This document shows, piece after piece, positions 45,662 through 57,103 of a DNA stretch of 64,000 bases. Each line of letters opens with the position of its first letter. Positions within the stretch are counted from its first letter, which is position 1. This stretch comes from Paramoeba atlantica. Lineage: Eukaryota > Protista > Discosea. A program made the position numbers and the translations under genes. The DNA is taken from positions 249,308-313,307 of the forward strand of contig CDRNVI010000011.1 in the NCBI GenBank assembly GCA_977017575.1, given 5' to 3'. The notes under the pieces are model-generated. The model searched no databases. It was not told where the DNA came from and saw nothing but the letters and a program-made list of their open reading frames with translations.

Positions 45662-47914
45662 TCAACTCCCAGCGCTACGAGACGTACGAAAAACGTGGCC
45701 AAACAGAGCCCCCATACTTGCCATCAGATGTCGAATTTCTAAGGTCGCTAATATCATTGTGTCGTTCTCCTCGGCGTCCTCATCTACGACTGCAGAATCA
45801 TTTAGATGAGTTTGAAGGCGATACAAGGCTTCCCTCACAGAAGGATGCGTCGCTGGGAGTGATGGGTACGCAACCGAACTTTCAACGACATAGCACGGGG
45901 GAATAAGAATCGAGGAAATTTGCTGAGAGTTCACAGTGACAGTGTCGCGGGAATTGACACATTCAAAGGCACGTTGTCTTGGAGAGCCATAAAGCTCAGA
46001 ATGCTCTTGAACGCTTACTGCGAATGTGCTCCTACAGCCCCTTTTTGCAATGGGGGGAAATCTTTCATGATTAGTCTCAGTACCAGAGTACGCATGAATA
46101 TCCAGTTGGCTTTGTAGGAAATCTAAAGGAAGAGTGCAGTTAGTTAGGGACCAAGGCATTTCCTTAGTTATCATTAAAAAGTTAGTGAACGTAGTGCTCG
46201 AGGTTTTGATCTTTCTAGGGAAAGGAAGATTATTTTTCAAAACTAAATGGCGAAGACGTTCCGATATATCTTTTCGCGTTCTTATTCCGGCCATCGTGCG
46301 GTACAAGATATTCATTGTTTCTTTCTGAGTGAGATACTTCTCCTGCGCCCACGTGTACATTGCCCAAAGCCTCTCATTTTCAAGAGTGGTCCAGGCCCGT
46401 CGAAAGCGTCCCCCCTTTAAAAGGGTCCAGTATCGTGATTGTAAATGACGAGATGACCTTGTTGCAAATTTTGACGAACATGGAATTCGAGGAGAAATGT
46501 CGTGGAAATGTATAGCAACGCTGTTGGGATCATCCGTTCCGTATATGTGGAATAAAAATAAAATTTTTGCATCGTCAGAGGAGCTGAATTCTTGGCGTAG
46601 CTTTTTGAAGGATGCATGGGAGTTGTAGTTTGAACCCTGACGGAGGTTCTCTCTTACAACCTTAGTGTGATACACAGAAATTTGTGGCAACTTTCTTGGA
46701 AGCCTTCTTAAGGCACTACAAAGGCTAGCATAGTCGACGTATCGATCTCTGTAATGAGCCTCTAAAATTAATGCTCCTTCTTCAGAAGAAAAATCAAACT
46801 GCTCTGTCCCTTCAAATTGACTTGTATTTTGAAACCTTTTGACCAGACCTGCTGGCTTGCCGGCTTCATCTTGTGCAAAGTGATTATCCTTCATTTCAGA
46901 TACGATACATTCTGAACTGTACTCTTTCGTTCGATATCCAGAATCAAGTAGAAGACGTCTGAAACAAGAGAAACATTGCCAGGAAGAACGGCCTGTGCCC
47001 AGCTCATCGGAAATATGATCCCACACACCGAATTTTGAAAACTTCGCCATGTATTCGTCGGAGTTCAAATCGTGTCTTTTAGATCCAGTGAAATCTTCTG
47101 CAACACTAAAACTTATGCCGAATTTAGTTGCAAGCGCAAGAAGTAGTTTCATTTCATCTTCAGTCCACGGTGTCAAATTTGAACCGAAGAGAATCGCATG
47201 TTTGAAATGCACGTAGCAAGCAAAGCCAGGACGTTTCAAATGGCGTCCCATCAACTCCCAATGACTGGGTTGTAAATCTGATTCAGCGTGCTTTAAAATC
47301 GATTCGGTAAGTGCTGAGGTAGCTGTCGATAAATTAGACACGAGATAGACATTTTCTGTAACAAGTTCGAGTAGTCTTTGTGTCTGAATCGAGGACCATT
47401 CCCACTGGTGTGAACCAAAACAGGGGTTGATAATGTAGCGGTAAACGGCATAAATATTCGTACACGGCTCCTCCTCTGATATCTCAGACTCGGTAGTGTC
47501 TGTACTGCCACTGTTAAGTGGAGCTATTGCTTTTATTGGTTTTGAAAAATGTTTAATCGCGTTTCGATGCCAAGGCGATCCGATGAAATCTGAGTATCGA
47601 ATCGCTTGTAATTTACTGGGAGGTTTGTCTTTGCTCATTCGTAAGTTTTTCTCTTTATTGGCGGTACGTGTTTGTTTGGCAGCGAAACTACTAGAAAAGA
47701 AGTGAGAAGGACTCATATATTTTCCAGGTACCCAATACGTCTCATATTTTTCAGCGGCCTCACGGAGAAGATACCGACGAGAATCCTCCTCCGAGTCTAT
47801 TGAAGATAGGTCAGGAGGAGATAATATAGTCTCAATCAAATGGTCGTCAGACAACGCTTTCTCCCGAGGTGTGGACTTTGAACTACACGACTCTGAAGAA
47901 AATAAACGTTCCAT
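45662..47914 (-). CDS. Multi-Myb/SANT repeat protein (SNAPC4/SNAP190-like candidate)
   Basis: Repeated Myb-like motifs PWTEDEMKLL...WDHISDELGTGRSSWQCF, HWELMGRHLKRPGFACY and AWTTLENERL. Confidence 0.6.
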   Translation of the reverse strand: MERLFSSESCSSKSTPREKALSDDHLIETILSPPDLSSIDSEEDSRRYLLREAAEKYETYWVPGKYMSPSHFFSSSFAAKQTRTANKEKNLRMSKDKPPSKLQAIRYSDFIGSPWHRNAIKHFSKPIKAIAPLNSGSTDTTESEISEEEPCTNIYAVYRYIINPCFGSHQWEWSSIQTQRLLELVTENVYLVSNLSTATSALTESILKHAESDLQPSHWELMGRHLKRPGFACYVHFKHAILFGSNLTPWTEDEMKLLLALATKFGISFSVAEDFTGSKRHDLNSDEYMAKFSKFGVWDHISDELGTGRSSWQCFSCFRRLLLDSGYRTKEYSSECIVSEMKDNHFAQDEAGKPAGLVKRFQNTSQFEGTEQFDFSSEEGALILEAHYRDRYVDYASLCSALRRLPRKLPQISVYHTKVVRENLRQGSNYNSHASFKKLRQEFSSSDDAKILFLFHIYGTDDPNSVAIHFHDISPRIPCSSKFATRSSRHLQSRYWTLLKGGRFRRAWTTLENERLWAMYTWAQEKYLTQKETMNILYRTMAGIRTRKDISERLRHLVLKNNLPFPRKIKTSSTTFTNFLMITKEMPWSLTNCTLPLDFLQSQLDIHAYSGTETNHERFPPIAKRGCRSTFAVSVQEHSELYGSPRQRAFECVNSRDTVTVNSQQISSILIPPCYVVESSVAYPSLPATHPSVREALYRLQTHLNDSAVVDEDAEENDTMILATLEIRHLMASMGALFGHVFRTSRSAGS

Positions 47915-48192
47915 TAATAGAGGGAAGAGTTCTAGGTGTCAATGACGACATAATTAAAATATTTGCAGCTCGCCTTCAGCAAAATCGTACAGTAGCTTGG
48001 ACTACAAAATATATTATTGGACTACCAAAATACAATTTCGCATACGCTGCCTACAATAAAATTTTAGACGTAATTTTGATGGCTATTTCATAAACTATAC
48101 TGTTAGCTATAAGATAGCTAAAAATATAGTAAAGATTATGAATCAAACTCCAGAACCTGATTTCAGAGCCATTCACAGCAGCGACCCTGCTG

Positions 48193-49419
48193 TCACGTCC
48201 TCTGAAGCTTTTCATCAACTTCTCGAAGTTTTCTCCTAAGAACGTCTTCAGAATCGTATTTTAAAACTTCAACTTTCCTATCGTCAAGTGCCTCACCGTA
48301 CCTATTTTGACGAGTAAACCGTGTTCCGGTAGAGAACAATTTCTTTTCCTTCGAACGTACGTACGTTCCTGATATATCTCTTCCTGAATTTTCAACGGCC
48401 TTTTGAAGTCTTTGCTGATGTTTCACCCAATCGCTATCACTTGGATGTTTAGTTTCTTTTCCTCCAGTGGGGTGCAGAATGACACCCAATTCGTTTTCAG
48501 AGATAACGATTTGCATAGCGCTGTGACCTACGCCAACCTCTGCGGTTTTTATTTTAATCAAATCTAAAAACTCACGTATCTTGCTCACTGCGCTTGGAGG
48601 GGAAAGAAATTTTGCACAAACAATGCGTACTTGCTTTCGCTTCGAAAGATCATCACGTATTCTCTGAGATCGCCACACCAAATCGTTGTGGGCTATGACA
48701 TCCCGGATGCTGTATTCCACGGGCTTTCCTTGTGATTTGATTATATTTCCAGAGGGAGAATTTCCAGTTGTCAAGTGATTGTCAATTTGTTTTAAAGCAC
48801 GGCGAACTTCATTTCGAATTTTACAATACCCAACGCCTTGATTTTCACCCAGCATAACCACATCTTGATCGCGTGACCTAGCATATACAATCGCGTCTTG
48901 AATCGAAAACTTCCGTTTGTCTGCATCGGGTTTAATGTCTTTCCCATCTGGAGTCTCTACTGAAGTGATAACTACCCTCTCGCAAGGAATATACTCATTA
49001 ATCGGTGTTTTACGAAAATACTCGCGAAGAGCGCTTAACGCAGCTCGATTATTTTTCTGATCCGACGGAAGAATATTGCTGATCATTTGCTCATATTGCG
49101 AAGGACTTGGAATCATTTTTGCTCTTCTTTGCATCTCGTGCTGCACTTGTAAGTCATTCAGAACGCCTTGCGAGAAATCAACTTCCTCAACATGCTCATC
49201 AGAATCGGTTTCTGTGCAATAACGACGAACAGCTGTGTAAATATGCAAATGCAGAATAGGGTAACGATTACTCCTTCTCATACTCAGAGAATTGGACTCG
49301 AAAAGTGGTATCTTCGGTCGAAATCCCCCGAGGGTATGACATGTTATGTTTGGTGCTTCTGAATATTGTGACATCATGTACACACACGGGAAAGTTGGTT
49401 TCGGACGTGCTCGAAACAT
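48193..49419 (-). CDS. Mitochondrial translation initiation factor 3-like protein (kinetoplastid type)
   Basis: Basic hydroxyl-rich presequence; IF3-N-like FSIQDAIVYARSRDQDVVMLG and IF3-C-like EYSIRDVIAHNDLVWRSQRIRDDLSKRKQVRI. Confidence 0.6.
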   Translation of the reverse strand: MFRARPKPTFPCVYMMSQYSEAPNITCHTLGGFRPKIPLFESNSLSMRRSNRYPILHLHIYTAVRRYCTETDSDEHVEEVDFSQGVLNDLQVQHEMQRRAKMIPSPSQYEQMISNILPSDQKNNRAALSALREYFRKTPINEYIPCERVVITSVETPDGKDIKPDADKRKFSIQDAIVYARSRDQDVVMLGENQGVGYCKIRNEVRRALKQIDNHLTTGNSPSGNIIKSQGKPVEYSIRDVIAHNDLVWRSQRIRDDLSKRKQVRIVCAKFLSPPSAVSKIREFLDLIKIKTAEVGVGHSAMQIVISENELGVILHPTGGKETKHPSDSDWVKHQQRLQKAVENSGRDISGTYVRSKEKKLFSTGTRFTRQNRYGEALDDRKVEVLKYDSEDVLRRKLREVDEKLQRT

Positions 49420-49589
49420 TTGTTTGATGTGCTAATAGGAAAAATATAGAGAGCTACTTGGAAAATGACAATATCCCTTTTATAAGATTATGACACTTAT
49501 TAGTGCTTTTTGTAAGCTATTTGTGCGCCTGTTTATGATAGTCCTCGCGTAGGGACTGCAAGCACTTCAATGAAAGAGAGGATTGCCTT

Positions 49590-51701
49590 CTAGGAGTACT
49601 TAATAATGGTTTCTGCTTCTTGTAATATGGGAAACTTTTTTCTAACTAGCATTTCTATTTTATGCCCTTGGGAAAAGGTTCTCGTCCGGGATAGACCGCA
49701 ACACGACCATAGCGCCGTCAAAAGCGTACTTTTTTCGCGCATTTTTTCAAGTTTAATAGCCCGCATCATACACTCACGGAGTTTGGAAGCTGTTTTTTTG
49801 CGCCATCTTGTGACGTCAGACTCATTATCTACAGAGGAAACTTCATCATGAATGTTTTTTTGCAAGAAGTCTTTCTGAAGTTTCAGCTGAGTTATTTTTC
49901 TTTGCAAAGCCACATATTCTTGATATTTTTGCAAAACACGCAGATTTAAATGCTTCGAAGAATTTCCAGAGCTTAGGGTTGGTAAATTATTCTCTGATGC
50001 GTGCGACGTAGAATATCGCAAACGGAGAATTTTTTCTCTCAACTTCTCATCACTTGTAGTTTTCTCGACATTTAAATTATCTTGCTGTTCTACCTTCTTA
50101 CTTCTGCAATTTACACTTCGAGCTCTGTAATTCTTTTTGCGTGAGGTAGTATCATTCCTTCCCCTTGTTTCAGAGTTTGAAGACGTCACGGCTGAATAAA
50201 GCAAGAAACTTTGCAAGGATTCTATTTTGCGATCCATTTTTCTAGCTTCTTCATTCGCCTTGTCGTATTTGCACGTTTCTTTTGTTATTAGGCCTTGTAA
50301 GCCGACTTCTACTTGTTGGGATTCCACAATTTGTGCCTGGTGAATAAGTTCAGCCTCTTCTACAAGACGTTGAATCGTGTCCCTGTATTTTGCTAGTAGA
50401 GAATTGTGAGACAATACTCGAACTTGTGAAGGATAATTCGACACTTTTCGCGCGTTACTTCCAAAGTGTAAAGTACAGAGAGACTCTTTTTGTTCGTTTG
50501 GATTAATTGTGCAAATAACAAGAGTAAATGCTGAACCACCTATCGTGTGATGCAGAAGTCGCGTTAGCTTGCTATCGCGATACGGAATTCGCGTAGAATT
50601 GCGACCCGGAGACGCTAATGCTGTAGAATTCTGGGAATGAGTACTTTGCTTAGAGGCTGACTGAGCTGCAACCCTGACGCAGCTTTCGAGTGCGAGAAGA
50701 CTCTTTCGGATATTTTTTCCTTCGCGCACACGAGTCGTCAGCTTTTTTGCGCGTTCCCCTTCCTGCCAACGTTGAGCTATATTGCTCTTCCTTTCACGCT
50801 CTTCGACAGCGAATTCACTACTCTCCTCGGTGAGATTTGTCGGAGTTTCATTTCCCGCCGTGTCGACAATACTTAAAGTGGAAAGACGAACGGATTGATC
50901 GGACGCGTTTCGAGATTCAAAAATAAACCGAAAGATGGTATGAGAGCGACTCGCATCAATGTGAGCATCATTCGGCGCAACCAAACGCCTGTGCTCTCCC
51001 AGATCAAGCAGATTCATGACGTCCTCTACATTACGAACCAAGACCTCGCGAGCATGTAACACAATTGTCCCTCTATCAGGGTCTTTTACAATTGTAGGAT
51101 AGAACAATAGGTCCTTTGAAGTCGAGCGGGAGGCTAATAATTCTTGCCCATCTGTCTCCGAGCAATCACTGGAATTGTATGCCAAGACTTCTCGATGTAA
51201 CAAATCCCGTATCTGCTCATTGTATAGCTCCAAAAAAGAAACGCGAAGCAGAGAAACGCACTCAATTTGATTTTCAATTTCATTGAAAAAGTCTTGTGCG
51301 GCTTGAGAAATTACCCCCGGAGAAGCGCGGCATCCATGAAGGGTATGCGTCTTTCCTGAATTCGTCTGTCCAAACGCGTAGATGCACGCATCATACCCGT
51401 CAATCGTGTTTCGTACGAGTTCATGCGCCCCGGAATGGTAAATATCCTCATTCGTGGAGGAGGGACCGAAAACGTTCTCGTAGGTACCCACAAGATCCAT
51501 GTTCTCCCCGGCTTGATATACGCTGTGGTCATCCCATTTCCACTCGTGTTGTAGACCCCTATCTGGTCGGACGACATGCATGAAATGAGGATTCACCAGG
51601 GGCTCGCAAGGAGGACGAATACGAACCACCACTCGAACAGGTGCCACCAAACCACGGTCGGCGTGTGGACTACACGTTGTGCGAAACGGAGATGGGTTCA
51701 T
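49590..51701 (-). CDS. N-terminal motor kinesin (kinesin-7/CENP-E-like)
   Basis: VVVRIRP, P-loop FGQTNSGKTHT, ASRSHTIF, IVDTAGNE, IPYRDSKLTRLL, followed by coiled coil. Confidence 0.92.
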   Translation of the reverse strand: MNPSPFRTTCSPHADRGLVAPVRVVVRIRPPCEPLVNPHFMHVVRPDRGLQHEWKWDDHSVYQAGENMDLVGTYENVFGPSSTNEDIYHSGAHELVRNTIDGYDACIYAFGQTNSGKTHTLHGCRASPGVISQAAQDFFNEIENQIECVSLLRVSFLELYNEQIRDLLHREVLAYNSSDCSETDGQELLASRSTSKDLLFYPTIVKDPDRGTIVLHAREVLVRNVEDVMNLLDLGEHRRLVAPNDAHIDASRSHTIFRFIFESRNASDQSVRLSTLSIVDTAGNETPTNLTEESSEFAVEERERKSNIAQRWQEGERAKKLTTRVREGKNIRKSLLALESCVRVAAQSASKQSTHSQNSTALASPGRNSTRIPYRDSKLTRLLHHTIGGSAFTLVICTINPNEQKESLCTLHFGSNARKVSNYPSQVRVLSHNSLLAKYRDTIQRLVEEAELIHQAQIVESQQVEVGLQGLITKETCKYDKANEEARKMDRKIESLQSFLLYSAVTSSNSETRGRNDTTSRKKNYRARSVNCRSKKVEQQDNLNVEKTTSDEKLREKILRLRYSTSHASENNLPTLSSGNSSKHLNLRVLQKYQEYVALQRKITQLKLQKDFLQKNIHDEVSSVDNESDVTRWRKKTASKLRECMMRAIKLEKMREKSTLLTALWSCCGLSRTRTFSQGHKIEMLVRKKFPILQEAETIIKYS

Positions 51702-52224
51702 GGGAGGAGCTTGGAAATTCTAAAAGTGGAGCGGTGAACGTGGGTCCGCAAAGTACCCAACTAGGAGCCTGTACGCATTCTGTAAGTAGTGCATTTCGTA
51801 TGGGTTGTATTTTTGGTATGTTAGTTACCCAAAAGTTAACAAAGGGTTATGTACCTACAAAACACATTTTTTTGATTGCAAGAAGGAGAGTTACTCAATG
51901 CCAATTTCACAAAGATTATCGAAAAAACATATCGTGCATTACAAATTTTGAGCATTTGTAACCAGACGACTTTGGAAGTATTAGAATCAATATGACGCTA
52001 ATACAACCAACAGAAACGTCACTGGATTCTATTCAGTGTTACAAGTGTGAATAAGCAGCGGCTTCTATAAGCACCTTATACACACAAGAGACAATAAAAT
52101 CTTATTTCCACGTGGAAACCGTACAATGTCTTTATTATCAACTTTAGAAGTTTTAGACACAACCACACGCAAATCATCCACGTGAGCGAAAAGACAATGC
52201 GTGCATACTAAACTACTGGGTAAA

Positions 52225-52785
52225 CTAACCAATATTCTGCTTGTATTTAATCAAAAAATCAAAGAAACCGTACCCTGCGGACATCCCCAGCGCAAGCGAG
52301 AAGCCCGACACAAGAGGTTTTAGTCCCCAATTCACCAGAAAATTCTCACGCACTCTTTTCATATTGTATTCCAGAGAGGAGTAATCCGAAGAGCACGACG
52401 AGGAGCCTTTCTGCGAGCCCCACGCCCGGGGAGCTCGTCCCGAGAGCTCCGGGTCCCCAAACGAGGCGGTCTCATCCCGTGGGGCCGTCATGTTTGAAGA
52501 CAAAGGAGAACTCAGCGCTTTTTGCGTAAGAAAATTTGGTCGTTGCGCCCCTCGAGGTGCATGACGTAAATGAGGTAAATTACTCCGTAGCGGCGCCGGG
52601 GTCTGGGAGGCGCCGCGTATTTGAGAGAGCGTTGGGGTGCGGGACTCACTGATACCTCGGTAGGGTGACGCCCGCTCGGCGGAAGTGGTCTTCTTCCCTG
52701 CTGCAAACCCTTTTTCTAATCGAGAGACGCGTTCAAGTATCGGGGGAGGTTTTGATGAGGGGGTAGAACCCGAGTTCGGTTTCAT
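52225..52785 (-). CDS. Hypothetical protein, Ser/Pro-rich with a C-terminal hydrophobic segment
   Basis: ATG-started ORF co-oriented with the cluster; C-terminus LVNWGLKPLVSGFSLALGMSAGYGFFDFL. Confidence 0.55.
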   Translation of the reverse strand: MKPNSGSTPSSKPPPILERVSRLEKGFAAGKKTTSAERASPYRGISESRTPTLSQIRGASQTPAPLRSNLPHLRHAPRGAQRPNFLTQKALSSPLSSNMTAPRDETASFGDPELSGRAPRAWGSQKGSSSCSSDYSSLEYNMKRVRENFLVNWGLKPLVSGFSLALGMSAGYGFFDFLIKYKQNIG

Positions 52786-53027
52786 GGGAGGAGAAATACA
52801 GTACGTTGATACTCAAAAAATAATAGAAGGCTGTGGTTACGTAGTGACCTCCGATGACATTGACAGTAATAAAAGCCACTAGCTCAATCCTTGTATCACG
52901 TTAGAAATATTAAACTTCATTTACGCGAAATGTTTTACTAATTTGTTTTGCAGAAAAATTGCAAACACCCACTTTCATCCAGTTACACCTTTTCTTCTCA
53001 TACTTCCACAATTTTTCCTTTCTTCAC

Positions 53028-53552
53028 TTAGTACGATTTAGGGCGCATGGTAGAAAACTTGAGACCCTTTGGTAACTTTGGCAACGTATGCTTCAACGGA
53101 AATTTGACATCAACTTGAGCAAATTGCTGCATGTTCTTGTTGCGTACCTCCTTATCGTGAACGCTCTTCACTCCAACAACGTTGATGTCAAAATACTTTC
53201 CACGATTGCGCGAGGCAGTATCGATGTACGCCTGCGACACAGCACTCCCACGAGAGACGTCACGAAATTCCTTGCGAATGTTGACAAAGCCGACACGGCG
53301 GTTGTACACCTTCATCGAGACCTCATAGTTTTTTACTTTGCCTGGCTTGGACGCAGGAATTTCCTTGCACCCCAGAAGCTCACCACTGGTGCGCTTAATG
53401 CTCTTCAAAGAGCGTAAGTGATACCAGAAACGAGATTTTGCGACCACGTAGTTCGGAGCGAAGATTCGCATAGCATAAATTTCCGGATCACGGTTGGCGG
53501 TCGACGGCTGGCGACGTCCCGTAATTTCATACTCACGCAAATATGGCCCCAT
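53028..53552 (-). CDS. RPL18A: 60S ribosomal protein L18a (eL20)
   Basis: REYEITGR, MRIFAPNYVVAKSRFW and KEFRDVSRGSAVSQAY. Confidence 0.95.
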   Translation of the reverse strand: MGPYLREYEITGRRQPSTANRDPEIYAMRIFAPNYVVAKSRFWYHLRSLKSIKRTSGELLGCKEIPASKPGKVKNYEVSMKVYNRRVGFVNIRKEFRDVSRGSAVSQAYIDTASRNRGKYFDINVVGVKSVHDKEVRNKNMQQFAQVDVKFPLKHTLPKLPKGLKFSTMRPKSY

Positions 53553-53790
53553 TGAGTTTTGTTTTGATTAAAATACTAATAAGAAAATAATGAGAAATAA
53601 TAAGAAGATAAATATAAATTGTCTTCAATAGCCCAATTGCGTGTTTTCTCGTGAAAAGAATACTTCAAAAAAAATCATAGAACATACAGCAGAAAATTTA
53701 AGTGACAAGTTTATGTGGCCACACATTTTCGAACCTGAAATATTCAGCATAAGAGCGAGTTATTTGTATGCCCTTTTTAGGTAAAGTTCT

Positions 53791-54357
53791 TTATTGCTGT
53801 TGAAAAAAGTTACACAGATGATCAGTAGGCTTCGCGCCTGGAACGTCCGTGTCATCGGAGGCCATGTATGATAGGGCAGAGTCATATGACTTAGCAGGTT
53901 CGTTACTTTTCAAAATGCAATAATGGGGAAAAGAGCACTGATATCCAGTACCCTCAGTATTTCTTCGAACGTAACGCGCGCTTCTAATTTGAAAATGCTG
54001 ACTGCACAAGATTTCACTATTAACATCCCTCTGTAAGATTGCGCCTACATCTTCCACTGGCCCTCCTCGAAGACAGCTTGAGGAAGCCTTGCAAGCATAA
54101 TATTCTGTAAGTGGTTTTACTAACCCACACTCTGAGGTATACCGAATTCGAGCATGACGAATACAATACACTTGAGGTGGGAAAGTGTTTTGCGGTGTAG
54201 ACAAAGCCGTATCATAGTCTGTAAAAGGCACAGATGATGTTTGATGATCTGGAAGGGAATGTATACGCTGAGCAACGATAGGTGTCATCGGAAGTGGCTC
54301 ATGAATGGAATGTTTGACTAATCTATCCGCCTCCTGAATGTTATCATAATTTACCAT
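53791..54357 (-). CDS. Hypothetical protein (188 aa)
   Basis: ATG-started ORF co-oriented and closely spaced within the gene cluster; no motif recognised. Confidence 0.45.
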   Translation of the reverse strand: MVNYDNIQEADRLVKHSIHEPLPMTPIVAQRIHSLPDHQTSSVPFTDYDTALSTPQNTFPPQVYCIRHARIRYTSECGLVKPLTEYYACKASSSCLRGGPVEDVGAILQRDVNSEILCSQHFQIRSARYVRRNTEGTGYQCSFPHYCILKSNEPAKSYDSALSYMASDDTDVPGAKPTDHLCNFFQQQ

Positions 54358-54522
54358 TTACTAGATTTTGCTTAATTGATAGACCTTGGGGGACATAAAG
54401 ATATGAAGATTGATTTTGAACGCAGAAGGTTTTTCTAAAATAACCCTTATCGATTTCACCAATGAAAGGTTCTCAACCTTGATATAAAACAACTACGGTG
54501 AGTAAAATCACCGAATTTAACT

Positions 54523-56130
54523 TCATAATTTTTTTTCTCTTTTTCCAAAGTAAGCTCTCTTAAAATCGACCGCGTCACAAATGGCTGGAAAAATTGCTGC
54601 AACAAAAAGTAAGAATCGAGAAGCGTCGGTACTGTCACGAACATCCACACCAGCTTCCATGAGAAGAGTATTCATGTCAGAATAAATAGTTTCCTCATTC
54701 TCCGGAAGTAGGGAAAAACTTTGGATCTGCTGTGTTACATGTGAACTCAATTGATCGCTTCGGAAGATGGCGAGTGCTAGTCGTTGACATGCATCACGTA
54801 GAATAAATTTAGCGCCGAAACCGACCCCGGAAAGTGCAGATGATGTGAGCATGGCAATCTCCTCAAAGAATGGCGTTGAATTGGTTGAGGTTGATCGGAT
54901 ACTAAAAGATACGTCTTCGATGTAACCAGAACGAACGTGAAAAGATGTTTTTTCTATCCCACGATTATGTAATATCTTCTGCCAAAGAGAGTCTTCCCTT
55001 TGACCCTTCAAATTCAGTTTACTACATAAGGAAACTTGGAACACAGCTCCTGCACCCCGAATCCATTCCCAAGAGCCCAACTCTTTTATTCGATGGTGTA
55101 TATCAGCGCATGAATGTTCCCCAGAATCCACTTTTTGAATTTCTCCTTGTACATTCTGTGTCTTGCAATTTGTTTTAAGTGCTGTGAAAAGGTTCTTCCC
55201 TGGAGCAACATGGTCGTATACATCATAGGCGCAGTAACTTCCATTCGACCCGTATTCCGTCCAAAAGGCTTCCTGTACGAGTTCACTGGTCAAGAGAAAG
55301 AGATCGGAGTGGGGCGTGCAGTCTAAAGAATTCCCAGAAGCCTGAACCAGATTGGTGACTGAGCTTCGGACAGAGGGAGATCCCTTGGACTGCACCTCAC
55401 AAGAGGACTGATTTTGAAAGAGGGGCCGTAGGGATTCACTAACTTTTGCGAGGTCCGAGTGTACAAGGATGGTTCCGTGATGATAGGCCGCTCTGTGTAC
55501 AATGCGCATAGCACTACCAGTAATTTTCTTTCCCGCAACAAATAAATCGCTTCGTGGCGTGCTCGTTATATCAAGGCTTGACTCGCTCTTTCCGTTTTGT
55601 TTCAATTGTGTGTAAATTAACTTTTCAACTGCTTGGCGTACGACACCAAGGCTTCTCGCAGGATTGTATTTAGATCGAGAGGTAATAATACTAAAGCAAA
55701 GACACCCGGAATCGTGATACACACAACCACCACCGCTAATACGACGCAACACAAGTGGACTTGTACTGGCGCCATCGTTAAAATGCATTTCTTCTGGGTG
55801 CAAATGTCTTGTTTCCATCCAGGAAACCTGATTTCGACCCATGACAACGCACGGGTATCTACTGCGGTAGAGAAACAGAATAGATCCCAAAGAATCTACT
55901 CTAGGGTTGGTGTCGCAAACTCCGTAGACTGTCGGAAACAGCCGGAGCAACTGCTCTTCAAGAGCGAAATGAACGGTCGGATGCAGTCCTTGGCAATCGT
56001 CCTTGACGTAGGCTGTGTCCAGGCATCGAAGAACACAATTACGCCCACTGGCTATGTGATGAGAGACATCGGCAAGGCAAGCCTCTAAATTTTGAGCTAA
56101 TCCAGCGCTACTTAATGCAACAATTGTCAT
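54523..56130 (-). CDS. Lipoate-protein ligase A / lipoyltransferase
   Basis: HFALEEQL, VVMGRNQ, RRISGGGCVYHDSG, KKITGSA and YHHGTILV. Confidence 0.88.
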   Translation of the reverse strand: MTIVALSSAGLAQNLEACLADVSHHIASGRNCVLRCLDTAYVKDDCQGLHPTVHFALEEQLLRLFPTVYGVCDTNPRVDSLGSILFLYRSRYPCVVMGRNQVSWMETRHLHPEEMHFNDGASTSPLVLRRISGGGCVYHDSGCLCFSIITSRSKYNPARSLGVVRQAVEKLIYTQLKQNGKSESSLDITSTPRSDLFVAGKKITGSAMRIVHRAAYHHGTILVHSDLAKVSESLRPLFQNQSSCEVQSKGSPSVRSSVTNLVQASGNSLDCTPHSDLFLLTSELVQEAFWTEYGSNGSYCAYDVYDHVAPGKNLFTALKTNCKTQNVQGEIQKVDSGEHSCADIHHRIKELGSWEWIRGAGAVFQVSLCSKLNLKGQREDSLWQKILHNRGIEKTSFHVRSGYIEDVSFSIRSTSTNSTPFFEEIAMLTSSALSGVGFGAKFILRDACQRLALAIFRSDQLSSHVTQQIQSFSLLPENEETIYSDMNTLLMEAGVDVRDSTDASRFLLFVAAIFPAICDAVDFKRAYFGKREKKL

Positions 56131-56359
56131 ACATAGTTGTATGTTAAAAAATCATTGATCTATCAATTTTACAGAATCTGTAAACATTTTACAGAATCTC
56201 TCAGATGTAATTTTTTTTAAATGTATTAAAAAATATAAAAAATTAAGTTCACGTAGTTGCCAACAAGAGCAAAAAAATAAAATAAATAAACCATTGAAAA
56301 CGGGATGTTTATATTAAACATTGTTTATTAACATATTATAAACTTTGTAATTATACATA

Positions 56360-57103
56360 CAGGGGTGAAAACTTCCATCTGGGGGGGTCTAAAATTTGCA
56401 AAACTTTTTCAATTTCGGAAAATAATACCGCATTCGAGAGCTTTCGCAGAGTTGCATGTCTTTGCACTGGTAGCTTTTGACGTATCAAATTAGAACTCCA
56501 AATACCGAATAGGCCAAAAAAGCAAATTATCACTTAAGGAATAATAAAAAATCTCAGATATTTTTAGGAAACATTATTTTAAAACCACTGTCGCATCCAC
56601 AATATGCACCCTTCTTTTCTACGATGATTCTACAACGTTTTCTGAAGTTTTTAAACTTATTATCAAACTAATCTTTGTCTTTTGCCTGAAGTTTATCGTA
56701 AAAAACACGAATCATTCCACCCAGAGTTTCACAGTTCCCTAGTGAACCCAAACACTTTGGTAAGTCCGGGAATAAGACTGTGTTTTCTCGAAGTCGGCCA
56801 CAAGCAGTAATCTTTGGTGTTCTTTAATCTTCCCTGGCAAGCATAAGAACGGGCGTTCGAAACACCATGAGAATTCCTTGAGCGAACTCGCTTTTGGGGC
56901 GTAAAATGGGGCAAAAATGAAAAATTGCCATATTTTCACAAGGAAAAAAACATGTTTTTTTCTCATCGGGTTAAATCTTTCAAGCCGAGCGTTCCGAATA
57001 CGCCAAAGACATACAACTCTGCGAGACCTCCCCAATGCGCTATTATTTTCCAAAATTGGACAATTTTTACAAAATTTAGACCCTCCCCAGATGGAAGTTT
57101 TCA
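56360..57103. mobile_element. Longer member of the 43768 MITE family
   Basis: TA|CAGGGGTGAAAACTTCCATCTGGGGGGGTCTAAA left end. The inverted right end is truncated next to a TTCAGAACAATCCGGC tandem. Confidence 0.65.
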
